64,000 nt of DNA from Flavobacteriales bacterium (lineage in GTDB: Bacteria; Bacteroidota; Bacteroidia; Flavobacteriales_F; PHOS-HE28). Below, one piece after another: positions 1 through 9,902 of the stretch. The DNA lies in NCBI GenBank assembly GCA_016721825.1, contig JADKHI010000001.1, forward strand, positions 512,314 through 576,313. Direction: 5' to 3'. Made by a program: the position numbers and the translations under genes. How positions within the stretch are numbered: position 1 is the stretch's first letter; each line of letters starts with the position of its first letter. The notes beneath the pieces are model-generated. The model had not been told where the DNA came from. It ran no database searches and was given only the letters and a program-made list of their open reading frames with translations.

Positions 1-1
1 C

Positions 2-682
2 GCCGAACTTGAAACGCTACGCGACATTGTGAAGGAGCACGACCTCTACTTGTTCAGTGACGAGGTGTACCGCGAGTTCTGTTACGACGGAGCCAAGCAC
101 GAGAGCGCCATGACGCTCGCCGGTATCGAGGACAATGTGGTGATGGTGGATAGTGTGAGCAAGCGATACAGCATGTGCGGTGCCCGCATCGGCGCCTTCA
201 TCACCCGCAACCGCGAGCTGATGGCCACGGCGCTCCGATTCGCCCAAGCGCGCCTCAGCCCGCCCACCTTCGGCCAGATCGCTTCGGAAGCGGCCCTGAA
301 CACGCCCGACAGCTATTTCACCGAGGTGATCGGCGAGTACGTTCAACGACGAAATGTTCTTGTCGATGGCCTCAACACCATTCCCGGTGTCATCTGCCCA
401 CGCCCCAAGGGGGCTTTCTATTGTGTCGCGGAACTACCGATCGACGATGCCGATATTTTCTGTCAGTGGTTGCTGGAGAAATTCGAGCACAAGGGCCACA
501 CCGTGATGATGGCGCCTGCCGCCGGCTTCTATGCTCAACCCGAACCCGGACGCCGTCAGGTCCGTCTGGCCTACGTGCTTGAGCAGGACAAGCTGCGGTT
601 GGCTGTGGAATGCTTACAGGAGGCCCTCCGGGTCTACCCCGGCGCCACCGTGTCCGTGGCTGCCGCCCAGGCTGCCAGCTGA
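2..682 (+). CDS. PLP-dependent aminotransferase (class I/II), C-terminal part; 5' end lies outside the window
   Basis: The frame is open from the window edge. It has the PLP-lysine context SVSKRYSMCGARIG and a typical class-I aminotransferase C-terminal half (GAFYCVAELP, VRLAYV). Confidence 0.85.
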   Translation, partial: AELETLRDIVKEHDLYLFSDEVYREFCYDGAKHESAMTLAGIEDNVVMVDSVSKRYSMCGARIGAFITRNRELMATALRFAQARLSPPTFGQIASEAALNTPDSYFTEVIGEYVQRRNVLVDGLNTIPGVICPRPKGAFYCVAELPIDDADIFCQWLLEKFEHKGHTVMMAPAAGFYAQPEPGRRQVRLAYVLEQDKLRLAVECLQEALRVYPGATVSVAAAQAAS

Positions 683-830
683 TCGGGCAGTTTCCCTATC
701 GAAGGTCGGCTCAACGCCGAAACGGTCGCATTCAGCGATCCGGAACGACAATTCGTCGAAACCATTCTGCGCGCGGTCCCGTTGAAGCGTCTGGCCTGCC
801 CTACATGCGGGCCGTTCAGTCAAAGGACCC

Positions 831-1166
831 ATGCAACAGCGGATCTCCTCACTCCTTCGTGCACTGACCGTCATCTGCGCCTTGTTCCTCCTACAGGAAA
901 GCAAGGCCCAAGGCTTGGTCGAGCGCATCCATCACTTCAAGGTGGAAGGCATCAACAGCACCATGCTGGAGAAGCGCTGCCAGGAATCGCTGTTGGCCTT
1001 TGACCCGGAGATGGTCGTAAGCATCGACCGCGAGTTCAACATCGTGAAGGTGAAGACGATGCAGGAGCTACCCGCAGCCCAACTCATTTCCGCAATGCAG
1101 CAGGTGGGCATTACGGCGACGCTCGACATGAAGAAAGAGGACCACACCGCCAATGATCAGCAGTGA
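831..1166 (+). CDS. Small secreted hypothetical protein (ferredoxin-like/HMA-like pattern, no CxxC)
   Basis: Signal-peptide-like N-terminus LLRALTVICALFLLQESKAQ. The mature part alternates beta and alpha patterns (HHFKVEGI..VVSIDREFNIVKVKT..LISAMQQVGITATL). It ends 25 nt before the large T9SS cargo gene. Confidence 0.55.
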   Translation: MQQRISSLLRALTVICALFLLQESKAQGLVERIHHFKVEGINSTMLEKRCQESLLAFDPEMVVSIDREFNIVKVKTMQELPAAQLISAMQQVGITATLDMKKEDHTANDQQ

Positions 1167-1191
1167 TCGCCAGCACGCAACAGTGAAGACC

Positions 1192-4100
1192 ATGAACCGC
1201 CTCACTACCTTTCTGCTGACCGCAGCTCTTGGACTTGCAGAGTTGAACCTTCATGCCCAGATCTGCGGGGACAACAACATCACTCAGTTCGCCGTGGTGA
1301 CACCTACCTGCCCGGGTACGGTCAACACGAACAACGTCCCGTCCGGCAACTACCTCACCATCAACATCACCGCCGGCAACACCTACACCTTCTCCACATG
1401 CGGCTCGGGCTTCAACACCTTGCTGACCCTTTGGAACGGCGCCGCTTTTGTAGCGGAGAACGATGACGCCGGTGGTGCCTGCGGCACTCGATCGACGCTC
1501 GTTTGGACAGCCACCTACTCCGGCACCATCAAGTTGAACCTGGACCGCAACAACTGCGCACACACCGGTGGCACCGCGAACATCAGTACCACGTGCGCCG
1601 TGCCCCCTGCGAACGATAACCCATGCGGCGCGGTCGCGCTTCCCGTTGGTGTCAGTTGCTCCAACACCGCAGGTACCAATGCTGGAGCTTCCGCCACTGG
1701 CTCCATTCCCGCGCCAGGCTGCGCTGCTTACACCACGGCCGATGTCTGGTTCTCGTTCATCGTTCCCGCTTCCGGACGCATTACCCTGGCCACCACCGCG
1801 AACACCCTGACGGATGCGGGATTGGCCATCTACAGTGCGGCCCTCTGCACAGGCCCGTTCACGCTGATCGAATGCGACGACAATGATGGTCCTGGGAACA
1901 TGCCGGCGATCCAACGTACAGGCCTGACCCCGGGTGTCCACTACGCTCGTGTCTGGGGCAACAGTGGAGCCACCGGCACCTTCAGCATCTGCGCGTGGGA
2001 TGCCCCACCCACCAACGATAACCCGTGCGCAGCGACGGCCTTGACCGTGAACGCAAGCTGCAGCAACACCTCAGCCACGAACGTAGGCGCCTACGCCACC
2101 TCTGGCATTCCCGCTCCTACGTGCGGCACTTACACGTATAGCGACGTCTGGTTCACCATGGTGGCACCGGCATCCGGACACATCAACGTGAGCACCACTG
2201 CAGGCACACTGACCGATGCCGCCATGGCCGTCTACAGCGCCACTGCTTGCAACGGAACCTTCACCCAGATCGGCTGCAACGACAATAGCAACGGAGCCAA
2301 CATGCCTGCGTTGGACCTCACCGGCCTCACGCCAGGGCAGACCTACTACGCCCGCGTTTGGGGCAATGGCGAGCTCACGGGCACCTTCAGCATCTGCGCA
2401 TACGATATGCCCGGCGATGCTGCCTGCTCAGCCGTGGCGCTGCCAGTGGGTACGAGTTGTGTGAATACTGCATCGACCAATGTTGGAGCATCGCAATCCG
2501 GCGGTACGGCACCGTCCTGCGGAACGTTCAGCAGTGCGTCGGATGACGTCTGGTTCACCTTCGTCGCACCTTCTGCGGGCAACGTGACACTCACTTCCAC
2601 TGCAGGCACGATGACCGATGGAGTGATGGCGGTGTACAGCGCAACCTCATGTACCGGCCCCCTGACCGAACTGGCCTGCAACAACAACGGTGGGGGCATG
2701 CCCAACCTGGCCATGACCGGTCTCGCTTCAGGACAGACCTATTACGTCCGCTTCTGGGGGAATGGATCGGCAACAGGCACCTTCAACATTTGCGCATACG
2801 ACCCGACCCTCGTTAACGACAACCCCTGCGGTGCGGTGGCGCTTCCAGTGAACACTTCATGCGTGAACACGGCCGGAACCAATGTCTCTGCCACGTCGAC
2901 CACCGGCATCCCGGCTCCAGGGTGCGGGAACTACTCGGGCGGTGACGTCTGGTTCAGCTTCGTCGCCCCCGCATCGGGCGCTGTCGGCATTGGCTCTTCG
3001 AGCGGCAGCATCGGTGATGGTGCCATGGCACTCTATTCCGCAACAGCCTGCGCAGGAACATTCACATTGATCACCTGTAGCGATGATGTTGTCGGATTGA
3101 TGCCGAACATCACCACGAGCGGTCTGACGGCCGGTGCCACATACTACATCCGCTTTTGGGGATATGGCGGTGCCACCGGCACCTTCAACCTGTGCGTACA
3201 GTCGTTCACGCCGAGTCCGATCGACAACCCTTGCTCCGCCCAGACCATCGTGCCAGCAACGACCTGTTCATTCACCACGTACACGAACGTTGGGGGCACC
3301 TACACCAACTCCATACCTGAGCCAGGGTGTGGCAACGTCACCTCCAACGCGGATGTTTGGTTCACCTTCACAGCCCCACCTTCCGGCTTCGTTACGATCA
3401 AGACCCAAGCGGGAACCTTGACGGATGCTTCCATGGCACTTTACAGGGCAGCTTCATGCAGCCTAGGCATGACACTGGTCGACTGTGATGACAACAACGG
3501 CATCGGCACCATGCCATTCCTGTCCTTCAGTGACCTTGTAGGCGGTGATACCTACTACCTGCGTGTTTGGGGCAACGGTGGCTCAACGGGCACCTTTGGC
3601 CTCTGCATCGTTCAACCAGCTACCAGCGGAACCTGTTTCTATGCGCTCAATATGCAGGACGCCATCGGCGATGGCTGGGGTGGAAGCACTGTTGGTATCA
3701 GCATCAATGGTGGGGCATACACCAACCATACGCTGACGAACGGCGAGCGCGATGTGGTCTACATCCCTATCACCGTAGGACAGTTGATCATGGTGCAATA
3801 CACAGCGGTCGGTGCCGGCCAGAACGAGATCACCTATTCCTTACAGCTCGGAGGTGGCGCACTGCTCAGCGCAGGCCCATCGCCCACGACCGGTCTTGTG
3901 TACACGGGGGTCGCTGACTGCAACCCGCCCGATGCTCCTACGAGCGATTGCCGCGGCAGCGAACCGCTATGCGCCGCCACCAGCTTCAATGGCAGCCCAT
4001 CCAATACAGGACTTGTGGCCGACCTGAACTTCACCACCCGCGGCTGCCTCGGCTCCAACGAGCGGCAAGGCATCTGGTACACGTTCACCATTTCCGCAGG

Positions 4101-4977
4101 CGGCACCTTGGCCTTCACCATCACACCCAACAATGCTGCGGACGATTACGACTTCGCCGTGTTCGGCCCGTTCCTTTCCGTTGACTGCATTAACAAGAAC
4201 GCACCGCTCCGCTGCTCGTACTCGGGTCTTTCCGGCAACACCGGTCTGCGGGCGAGTGCGGTGGACCTGACCGAGGATTCTGGAGGGGACAAGTGGGTAG
4301 CCCCTTTGGCTGTATCGGTCGGTGAGGTGTATATGCTTTACGTGAGCAACTACAGCCTTTCCGGTCTGCAGTTCGGCCTCTCCTGGCAGATGGCCGGCGG
4401 TGCCAGCATCGACTGCACGGTGTTGCCCATCGAGCTTTCCGCCTTCGACGCCTTGCCGAACGGAGATCAAGTGGACGTGAAATGGACGACGGCCAGCGAA
4501 CTGAACAACGACCATTTCGTGATCGAACGCTCTTCCGATGCCATCAACTTCGAACCCTTGACCCAGGTGAACGGTGCAGGCAACTCACAGAGCACATTGG
4601 AGTATGCATGGCATGATCGCGATCCGCTGCCAGGCACCAGCTATTACCGTCTTCTGCAGGTGGACTTTGATGGTCGCTCAAGCTATTCCCAAGTACGACC
4701 TGTGACCTTCGTGGCTCCAACCGATGTGATCCGACCTTACCCCAATCCGGCGCGTGACCAGCTGAACATCCCCTTGGGCGCCATGGACACAGGCAGCACA
4801 ACGGTGCGCATCATTGACTCAAAGGGAGCCCTCGTTCACACTGAACAACGGATCCTTGGCGAAGGCACTACCATGCTTTCCATTGCGGTCAGCTCGCTCT
4901 CCCCGGGCTCCTATGCAGTGCAGGTTATCGGGGAATTCGACGCAGGCATCCGATCGGGACGCTTTGTGATCGAATGA
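1192..4977 (+). CDS. Large secreted multi-domain protein with T9SS C-terminal sorting domain (5 tandem PPC-like ~130-aa domains)
   Basis: ORF 1153-4977, with the start moved to ATG 1192 (signal peptide MNRLTTFLLTAALGLAELNLHAQ). Five repeats each begin (N)DNPC..ALPV and end GTFxICA(Y/W)D. These are followed by a GDGWGGSTVGISINGG domain, a Cys-containing ~170-aa domain, an Fn3-like region and the CTD (PYPNPARDQLNIPL..GSYAVQV..GRFVIE). Confidence 0.85.
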   Translation: MNRLTTFLLTAALGLAELNLHAQICGDNNITQFAVVTPTCPGTVNTNNVPSGNYLTINITAGNTYTFSTCGSGFNTLLTLWNGAAFVAENDDAGGACGTRSTLVWTATYSGTIKLNLDRNNCAHTGGTANISTTCAVPPANDNPCGAVALPVGVSCSNTAGTNAGASATGSIPAPGCAAYTTADVWFSFIVPASGRITLATTANTLTDAGLAIYSAALCTGPFTLIECDDNDGPGNMPAIQRTGLTPGVHYARVWGNSGATGTFSICAWDAPPTNDNPCAATALTVNASCSNTSATNVGAYATSGIPAPTCGTYTYSDVWFTMVAPASGHINVSTTAGTLTDAAMAVYSATACNGTFTQIGCNDNSNGANMPALDLTGLTPGQTYYARVWGNGELTGTFSICAYDMPGDAACSAVALPVGTSCVNTASTNVGASQSGGTAPSCGTFSSASDDVWFTFVAPSAGNVTLTSTAGTMTDGVMAVYSATSCTGPLTELACNNNGGGMPNLAMTGLASGQTYYVRFWGNGSATGTFNICAYDPTLVNDNPCGAVALPVNTSCVNTAGTNVSATSTTGIPAPGCGNYSGGDVWFSFVAPASGAVGIGSSSGSIGDGAMALYSATACAGTFTLITCSDDVVGLMPNITTSGLTAGATYYIRFWGYGGATGTFNLCVQSFTPSPIDNPCSAQTIVPATTCSFTTYTNVGGTYTNSIPEPGCGNVTSNADVWFTFTAPPSGFVTIKTQAGTLTDASMALYRAASCSLGMTLVDCDDNNGIGTMPFLSFSDLVGGDTYYLRVWGNGGSTGTFGLCIVQPATSGTCFYALNMQDAIGDGWGGSTVGISINGGAYTNHTLTNGERDVVYIPITVGQLIMVQYTAVGAGQNEITYSLQLGGGALLSAGPSPTTGLVYTGVADCNPPDAPTSDCRGSEPLCAATSFNGSPSNTGLVADLNFTTRGCLGSNERQGIWYTFTISAGGTLAFTITPNNAADDYDFAVFGPFLSVDCINKNAPLRCSYSGLSGNTGLRASAVDLTEDSGGDKWVAPLAVSVGEVYMLYVSNYSLSGLQFGLSWQMAGGASIDCTVLPIELSAFDALPNGDQVDVKWTTASELNNDHFVIERSSDAINFEPLTQVNGAGNSQSTLEYAWHDRDPLPGTSYYRLLQVDFDGRSSYSQVRPVTFVAPTDVIRPYPNPARDQLNIPLGAMDTGSTTVRIIDSKGALVHTEQRILGEGTTMLSIAVSSLSPGSYAVQVIGEFDAGIRSGRFVIE

Positions 4978-4992
4978 CCTGAACGCCTTCCA

Positions 4993-5024
4993 GACGAACG
5001 CCCGGTGCATGCCGGGCGTTCGTC
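4993..5024 (+). terminator. Stem-loop terminator candidate after the 1192-4977 gene
   Basis: Perfect 13-bp inverted repeat GACGAACGCCCGG / CCGGGCGTTCGTC with a 6-nt loop, 16 nt after the stop. There is no clear T-run. Confidence 0.5.
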
Positions 5025-5152
5025 GTTCCAGCCGCAGCCGACGCACGAGGCAACTTGTACCTGATCGGTCGTCTTGCTAAAGAAGGGATGTTGGAATGCC
5101 GGATCCTGAACGTTAACTTTCCATCCTCTCCTTCTTAACGCAAGCGCATGAG

Positions 5153-5653
5153 ATGAACAGTTACTCCCGTTCCTCATCTACCGGGATGGTGCCTGCAACG
5201 TGGATCTTGCACGCCATACTTCCAGCACTCCTCGTCTGTTCCACGTTGAACTCGAACGCACAGCGGAGCCGGGAGCTTACGTACAAGGTGACGTTCACCG
5301 GAACCATAGCGGCCCTTCAGGAGAAGTTCATCCTGGACGCATTCTACGGTCAGGACCCTGCCATGGTGCTCAGCCTGGATCTCGCACAGATGCAGGGCAA
5401 GGTGCGCACCACGGTCGCCCTCGATGTTAATGCGCTTCGGAACGCGCTCGAGCCAGTGGGTGTCGGCGTTACATTAACAACCCCGACGCCACCTGATGGC
5501 ATGGATCAACGAAGCACGCTCGCGCCCGACTTCCCCACCTACATCGATACCGGAGACCCTATCACGGACCAAGCGGACTACGAGGCTAGAAAACAAGCGT
5601 GGATCACCGCGCACCCGCAGGCCTACCAGGAACTGCTTCAACTGCAGCGATAA
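5153..5653 (+). CDS. Small secreted hypothetical protein (same architecture as 831-1166, longer C-terminal tail)
   Basis: Hydrophobic signal region WILHAILPALLVCSTLNSNAQ. The core (LTYKVTFTGTI..MVLSLDLAQMQGKVRTTV..LRNALEPVGVGVTL) is ferredoxin-like by pattern. Its stop lies 2 nt before the next gene's ATG. Confidence 0.55.
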   Translation: MNSYSRSSSTGMVPATWILHAILPALLVCSTLNSNAQRSRELTYKVTFTGTIAALQEKFILDAFYGQDPAMVLSLDLAQMQGKVRTTVALDVNALRNALEPVGVGVTLTTPTPPDGMDQRSTLAPDFPTYIDTGDPITDQADYEARKQAWITAHPQAYQELLQLQR

Positions 5654-5655
5654 CC

Positions 5656-8265
5656 ATGATCTGCAGATCCGCTCTTCAACGGTGGTACCTCGGAACAGTC
5701 CTCGCGCTGTCGGGTATTCTGGGTTGGCTTCCTGCGTCAGCTCAATGCACCAACAACAATACGCTCACGGGTTCAGCGGTCACCCCGCCGTGCCCTGGAA
5801 CAACTTCCGTGGCCTGCGTTCAAGGCGGTCAATATGCGCTGGTGAACGTGGTGAGCGGAAACACCTACACCTTCCAGACCTGTGGCGGCGCCACCTGGGA
5901 TACCCAGATCACCCTCTTTAATGGTGCTGCGGCCACCAGCCTGGCCTACAACGACGATGGCTGCGCGCCGCAGAGCGCTGTCAGTTGGACCGCGAACTAC
6001 ACTGGGCAAGTGCGCGTACTGCTCGATGAGTATCCCTGTCTGGCCAACACCACCTGTGCCACCCTGACCATCACCTGCACGCCACCACCACCACCGGCCA
6101 CCAACAACGAACCCTGCACCGCCACCGCGTTGACCCCTTCCCTTGCCTGTGTGAATACCGTGGGAAGCAACGCCGCTGCCACCGCTAGCGCCGGGGTGCC
6201 CGCTCCCACCTGTAGCAACTACGCCGGAGGGGATGTTTGGTTCAGTGTGGTCGTTCCTGCAGGAGGTGCTCTCACACTGTCCTCCACGGCCATCACGGGC
6301 AGCTTGCTTACCGATGGTGGCATGGCAGCATACACATCTTCCTCCTGCGCAGGACCGTTCACCCAGGTGGGCTGCAACGACGACTTCAACGGGCTGATGC
6401 CCTTGCTCGCCCTCACCGGCCTCGCCCCCGGCACTACGCTTTGGGTACGCTACTGGGAGTATGGCAACGACGCGGTCGGCCAGTTCAACATCTGCGCCAC
6501 CATTCCACCACCACCGCCCACCAATGACAACCCTTGCCAAGCCACCGCGCTCACGGTGACCAGCAATTGTGTCTATGGCACCTTCAGCAATACCAGCACC
6601 ACCGCCACGGCAGGGGTGCCTGCTCCGTCCTGTGGGTTCTATACGGGGGCTGATGTGTGGTTCACGTTCGTAGCGCCACCTTCGGGTATCGCCTTGGTGC
6701 AAACACAGGCCGGTACGTTGACCGATGCCGACATGTCACTTTACACGGCCACAGCTTGCAATGGCACGTTCACGGAGGTGCTGTGCGATGACTTGAGCGG
6801 ACCTGGTGTGATGCCAGCGCTCACCTTTACCAACCTGAACCCGGGACAGACCTATTACCTCCGCGTCTGGGGCTACGCTGGTACGACCGGCACCTTCAAC
6901 CTGTGCGTAAGCGGACCTACCTCACTACCTGTGGGCGACTGCGTCTATGTGCTGGAGATGTACGATACGTTCGGTGATGGCTGGGGTGGAAGCACGGTCG
7001 GCATCAGCATCAACGGAGGGCCGTACACGAACTATACCGTGACCGGCGCATACAACTACGCCCTGATCGGCCTCAACATCGGTCAAGTGCTCTTGGTCCA
7101 ATACACCGCAGCGGGCGGCTTCCAAGGCGAGATCTCCTACACGCTCTCCTTCCAGAGCGGTGGGCAAACGGTCTTCAACTCCGGCTCCCCACCGGCCACA
7201 GGGTTGGTTTACACCCAGACCATTGACTGTAACCCACCACCGGCCTCCCAACAGGATTGTTTAGGAGGCACCACCGTCTGCGGCAGTCAGGGCATCAACA
7301 GCAACAGCACCAACACGGGCGATGTGGAGGATCTGAACCTCGCCAACCAAGGCTGCTTGACCGGCGGGGAACGGCAAGGCACGTGGTACTACTTCTCACC
7401 ATCTTCATCGGGCACGGTAGGCTTCAGCATTAACCCCGTGGTGAACACCAATGACTATGACTTTGCCGTCTGGGGGCCGATGACCACGGTGGACTGCCCC
7501 CCTTCAGGACCACCCGTCAGGTGTTCCTTCTCCGCCCTCACCGGGAATACGGGCCTTGGGAATGGTGCCGTGGACCTGAGCGAAGGCGCTGCTGGAGACA
7601 AGTGGGTGAGCACCTTGAACGTGTTGGTCGGGCAGATCTACATCTTATACGTGGACAACTTCTCCACCACAGGTCAGGCCTTCAACCTCAACTGGAACCT
7701 GACCAACGGAGCCTCCTTGGACTGCACCCTATTGCCCATCCAGATCACCGCCTTTGATGCCCAGGCCCGCGACGAAGTGGTGGACGTGCGCTGGACCACG
7801 GGGAACAGTTCCGATGTGGCGCTCTATCAGGTGCAGCGCTCCACCGATGCCGCGCACTTCACCTCCATCGGCACGGTGCTGAACAGCATGGACCTTCAGG
7901 ACCCGGAACATGCCTGGACGGATGAGAGCCCCTTATCCGGCCTTAGCTATTACCGGTTGGTGCTGATCACGGCGAATGGCAGCGCGGCACCGACACATGC
8001 CGTCCCCGTCCTCCGAGGCCTTACCGTGAACGCCCCGTTCCCGAACCCAGCGGCCAACGAACTGTGGTGGGTGCCACCCGCCTTGGCGCCCAATTCCCGG
8101 ATACTCGTCTCGGACCCCGTCGGCCGCATCCTCGTTTCAGCACCTGCGCCTGCCACTGGAGCCGTTCATATCGGTCTTGGGGACCTGCCGGCCGGCATAT
8201 ACACCGTGTTCGGGGAAGGACCCGATGGCCAACGGACCGCGGCGTACCGCTTCTTGAAACAGTGA
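5656..8265 (+). CDS. Large secreted multi-domain protein with T9SS C-terminal sorting domain (paralog of 1192-4977, 2 PPC-like repeats)
   Basis: ORF 5599-8265, with the start moved to ATG 5656 (MICRSALQRWYLGTVLALSGILGWLPASAQ). Domain order matches 1192-4977: an N-terminal Cys-rich domain, 2 NDNPC..GQFNICA / GTFNLCV repeats, GDGWGGSTVGISINGG, a DYDFAVWGP domain, an Fn3-like region and the CTD (FPNPAANEL..GIYTV). Confidence 0.85.
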   Translation: MICRSALQRWYLGTVLALSGILGWLPASAQCTNNNTLTGSAVTPPCPGTTSVACVQGGQYALVNVVSGNTYTFQTCGGATWDTQITLFNGAAATSLAYNDDGCAPQSAVSWTANYTGQVRVLLDEYPCLANTTCATLTITCTPPPPPATNNEPCTATALTPSLACVNTVGSNAAATASAGVPAPTCSNYAGGDVWFSVVVPAGGALTLSSTAITGSLLTDGGMAAYTSSSCAGPFTQVGCNDDFNGLMPLLALTGLAPGTTLWVRYWEYGNDAVGQFNICATIPPPPPTNDNPCQATALTVTSNCVYGTFSNTSTTATAGVPAPSCGFYTGADVWFTFVAPPSGIALVQTQAGTLTDADMSLYTATACNGTFTEVLCDDLSGPGVMPALTFTNLNPGQTYYLRVWGYAGTTGTFNLCVSGPTSLPVGDCVYVLEMYDTFGDGWGGSTVGISINGGPYTNYTVTGAYNYALIGLNIGQVLLVQYTAAGGFQGEISYTLSFQSGGQTVFNSGSPPATGLVYTQTIDCNPPPASQQDCLGGTTVCGSQGINSNSTNTGDVEDLNLANQGCLTGGERQGTWYYFSPSSSGTVGFSINPVVNTNDYDFAVWGPMTTVDCPPSGPPVRCSFSALTGNTGLGNGAVDLSEGAAGDKWVSTLNVLVGQIYILYVDNFSTTGQAFNLNWNLTNGASLDCTLLPIQITAFDAQARDEVVDVRWTTGNSSDVALYQVQRSTDAAHFTSIGTVLNSMDLQDPEHAWTDESPLSGLSYYRLVLITANGSAAPTHAVPVLRGLTVNAPFPNPAANELWWVPPALAPNSRILVSDPVGRILVSAPAPATGAVHIGLGDLPAGIYTVFGEGPDGQRTAAYRFLKQ

Positions 8266-8452
8266 CCGGACCGACGTGGAACACCTGAACACCAGCCTTC
8301 TAATTCGTCCATTAACACCGCCTGTTCACAAGTCGAGGGCAACCATTCACACATCGCATCGTCACTGGGATGAGCCGAAATTGCAGCTCGTTGTGAAACC
8401 AAGGATGATGCCCTTCTGTAGACAGCCCCTTGAATTCAATCCGCGACAGACC

Positions 8453-8460
8453 TACTTTTG
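8453..8460 (+). promoter_or_regulatory. Candidate Bacteroidetes -7 promoter element (TAnnTTTG)
   Basis: TACTTTTG lies 56 nt upstream of ATG 8516, inside a small inverted repeat GACAGAC..GTCTGTC. This is a motif match only. Confidence 0.3.
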
Positions 8461-8515
8461 TCTGTCACGTAAGCTCATTTTGCGGACGTCCGTACTCATC
8501 CCAACGCATTAAACC

Positions 8516-9571
8516 ATGCGGAAAGCCCTACGCCTTCGTACCCTCTCAAGCATCGTCGTTCTGGGCCTCGTGTCCGGCGCGCAGGCGCAGAATGTCGGCA
8601 TCAACGTTACCGGAGCCGCTCCCAATGCCTCCGCGTTGCTCGATCTGGATGTCAGCGGCCTTCCAGCAGCTGGCAAACGGGGTATGTTGATCCCTCGTAT
8701 GCTCCGTGCTGACCGCTTGGCCATTCCTGCCCCAACGGCGGGCCTCTGGGTCTACCAGACCGACGATGTGACGGCGCCGGTTTTCGACCCGGCCGAGGAG
8801 CACGGCTTTTGGTACTACGAAGGCCCCCCCACCAACGATTGGGTACGCTGGGCGAACGGACGTAGCGCTTGGACCTTGAACGGCAACGCAGGTACAGTGC
8901 CCACCTTGAATTACCTAGGCACCATTGGTGCGACACCCCTCAACTTCCGCACCGTCAGCCCGATCACGGTGGATCCGCAGATGCAATTTCTGGGCACCAC
9001 CCGCATGATGGGTATCAACACGGTCGGTGCTCCGTTGGAGCGTTTGGACGTGAACGGAGCCATGCGCGTGATCTCCAGCGGAGCTGGTGCTGGTAGCGCC
9101 ACCAACCAGGAAGGCACCATCCGCTTCACCGCTTCAGCAGCAGCCCCCAACCGCTGGCACTTCGGCAGCACGCCAATGCAAACACGCACCGGAAACACAG
9201 TGCTAGGTTCGCCCACTGTAACATTGACGGGTACAGTGCCGACGCCCCTTACACTAGGGTTGAGCGTGGGTATGACCATTACTGGCACTAATATACCTCC
9301 GGGTAGTACTGTTCTTACCGTTGTTCCGCCTAGTACAATTACGATCAGTAACAATGCCACAGCAACAGGCGCGAATTTCTTGGGTTTAACGACGGCACCT
9401 GGCAACTGGGCACGCTTAGAGAACGCCGAGGCCTTAGTGACGGTCGGTGGTGATTATGCCAAGGATACGCTTACTTGTCCAGCAATTCCGTTCCCAGGTT
9501 TTGCAGTGGTCGGCCCAACGCCCGGTACCAACTCCACCAGCAACGCGCAGACGCCCTTCGCGACCAAATAA
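8516..9571 (+). CDS. Tail-fibre-like secreted protein family, N-terminal fragment (truncated relative to paralogs)
   Basis: Signal peptide plus the family N-terminal motif QNVGINVTGAAPNASALLDLDVSG..KRGMLIPRM, shared with 10999-13233 and 13248-15224. It ends at TAA 9569-9571 before the family's central and C-terminal regions. Confidence 0.7.
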   Translation: MRKALRLRTLSSIVVLGLVSGAQAQNVGINVTGAAPNASALLDLDVSGLPAAGKRGMLIPRMLRADRLAIPAPTAGLWVYQTDDVTAPVFDPAEEHGFWYYEGPPTNDWVRWANGRSAWTLNGNAGTVPTLNYLGTIGATPLNFRTVSPITVDPQMQFLGTTRMMGINTVGAPLERLDVNGAMRVISSGAGAGSATNQEGTIRFTASAAAPNRWHFGSTPMQTRTGNTVLGSPTVTLTGTVPTPLTLGLSVGMTITGTNIPPGSTVLTVVPPSTITISNNATATGANFLGLTTAPGNWARLENAEALVTVGGDYAKDTLTCPAIPFPGFAVVGPTPGTNSTSNAQTPFATK

Positions 9572-9902
9572 ACGAATCCTTTCCCGCATTCCTTGCGGTG
9601 CTCCATTCACATTGGTCTGCGTCACGACCATTGCGGGTTCCGACCGTTACCACACCCAGCACAGTTGGTCGGACTGGCTGCCATGTTCGCGAACAGGACT
9701 GGTGTTACCGGCAAATGCACGGATTCTGCTTGTGAGCGCGACCACGTTCACGCTTGCCCTGCCCGCGGCAGTGCAACTTTACCGCGCCTGGGATGGACTT
9801 CACAGGGTTTGCGAATACGGCCTATTCCACCCCCTGGACGGGTGTTCTGAATGCTAGGGGGCGCGGCCTGATTCGCGGCAATACATCTACACGGCGGCCG
9901 AA

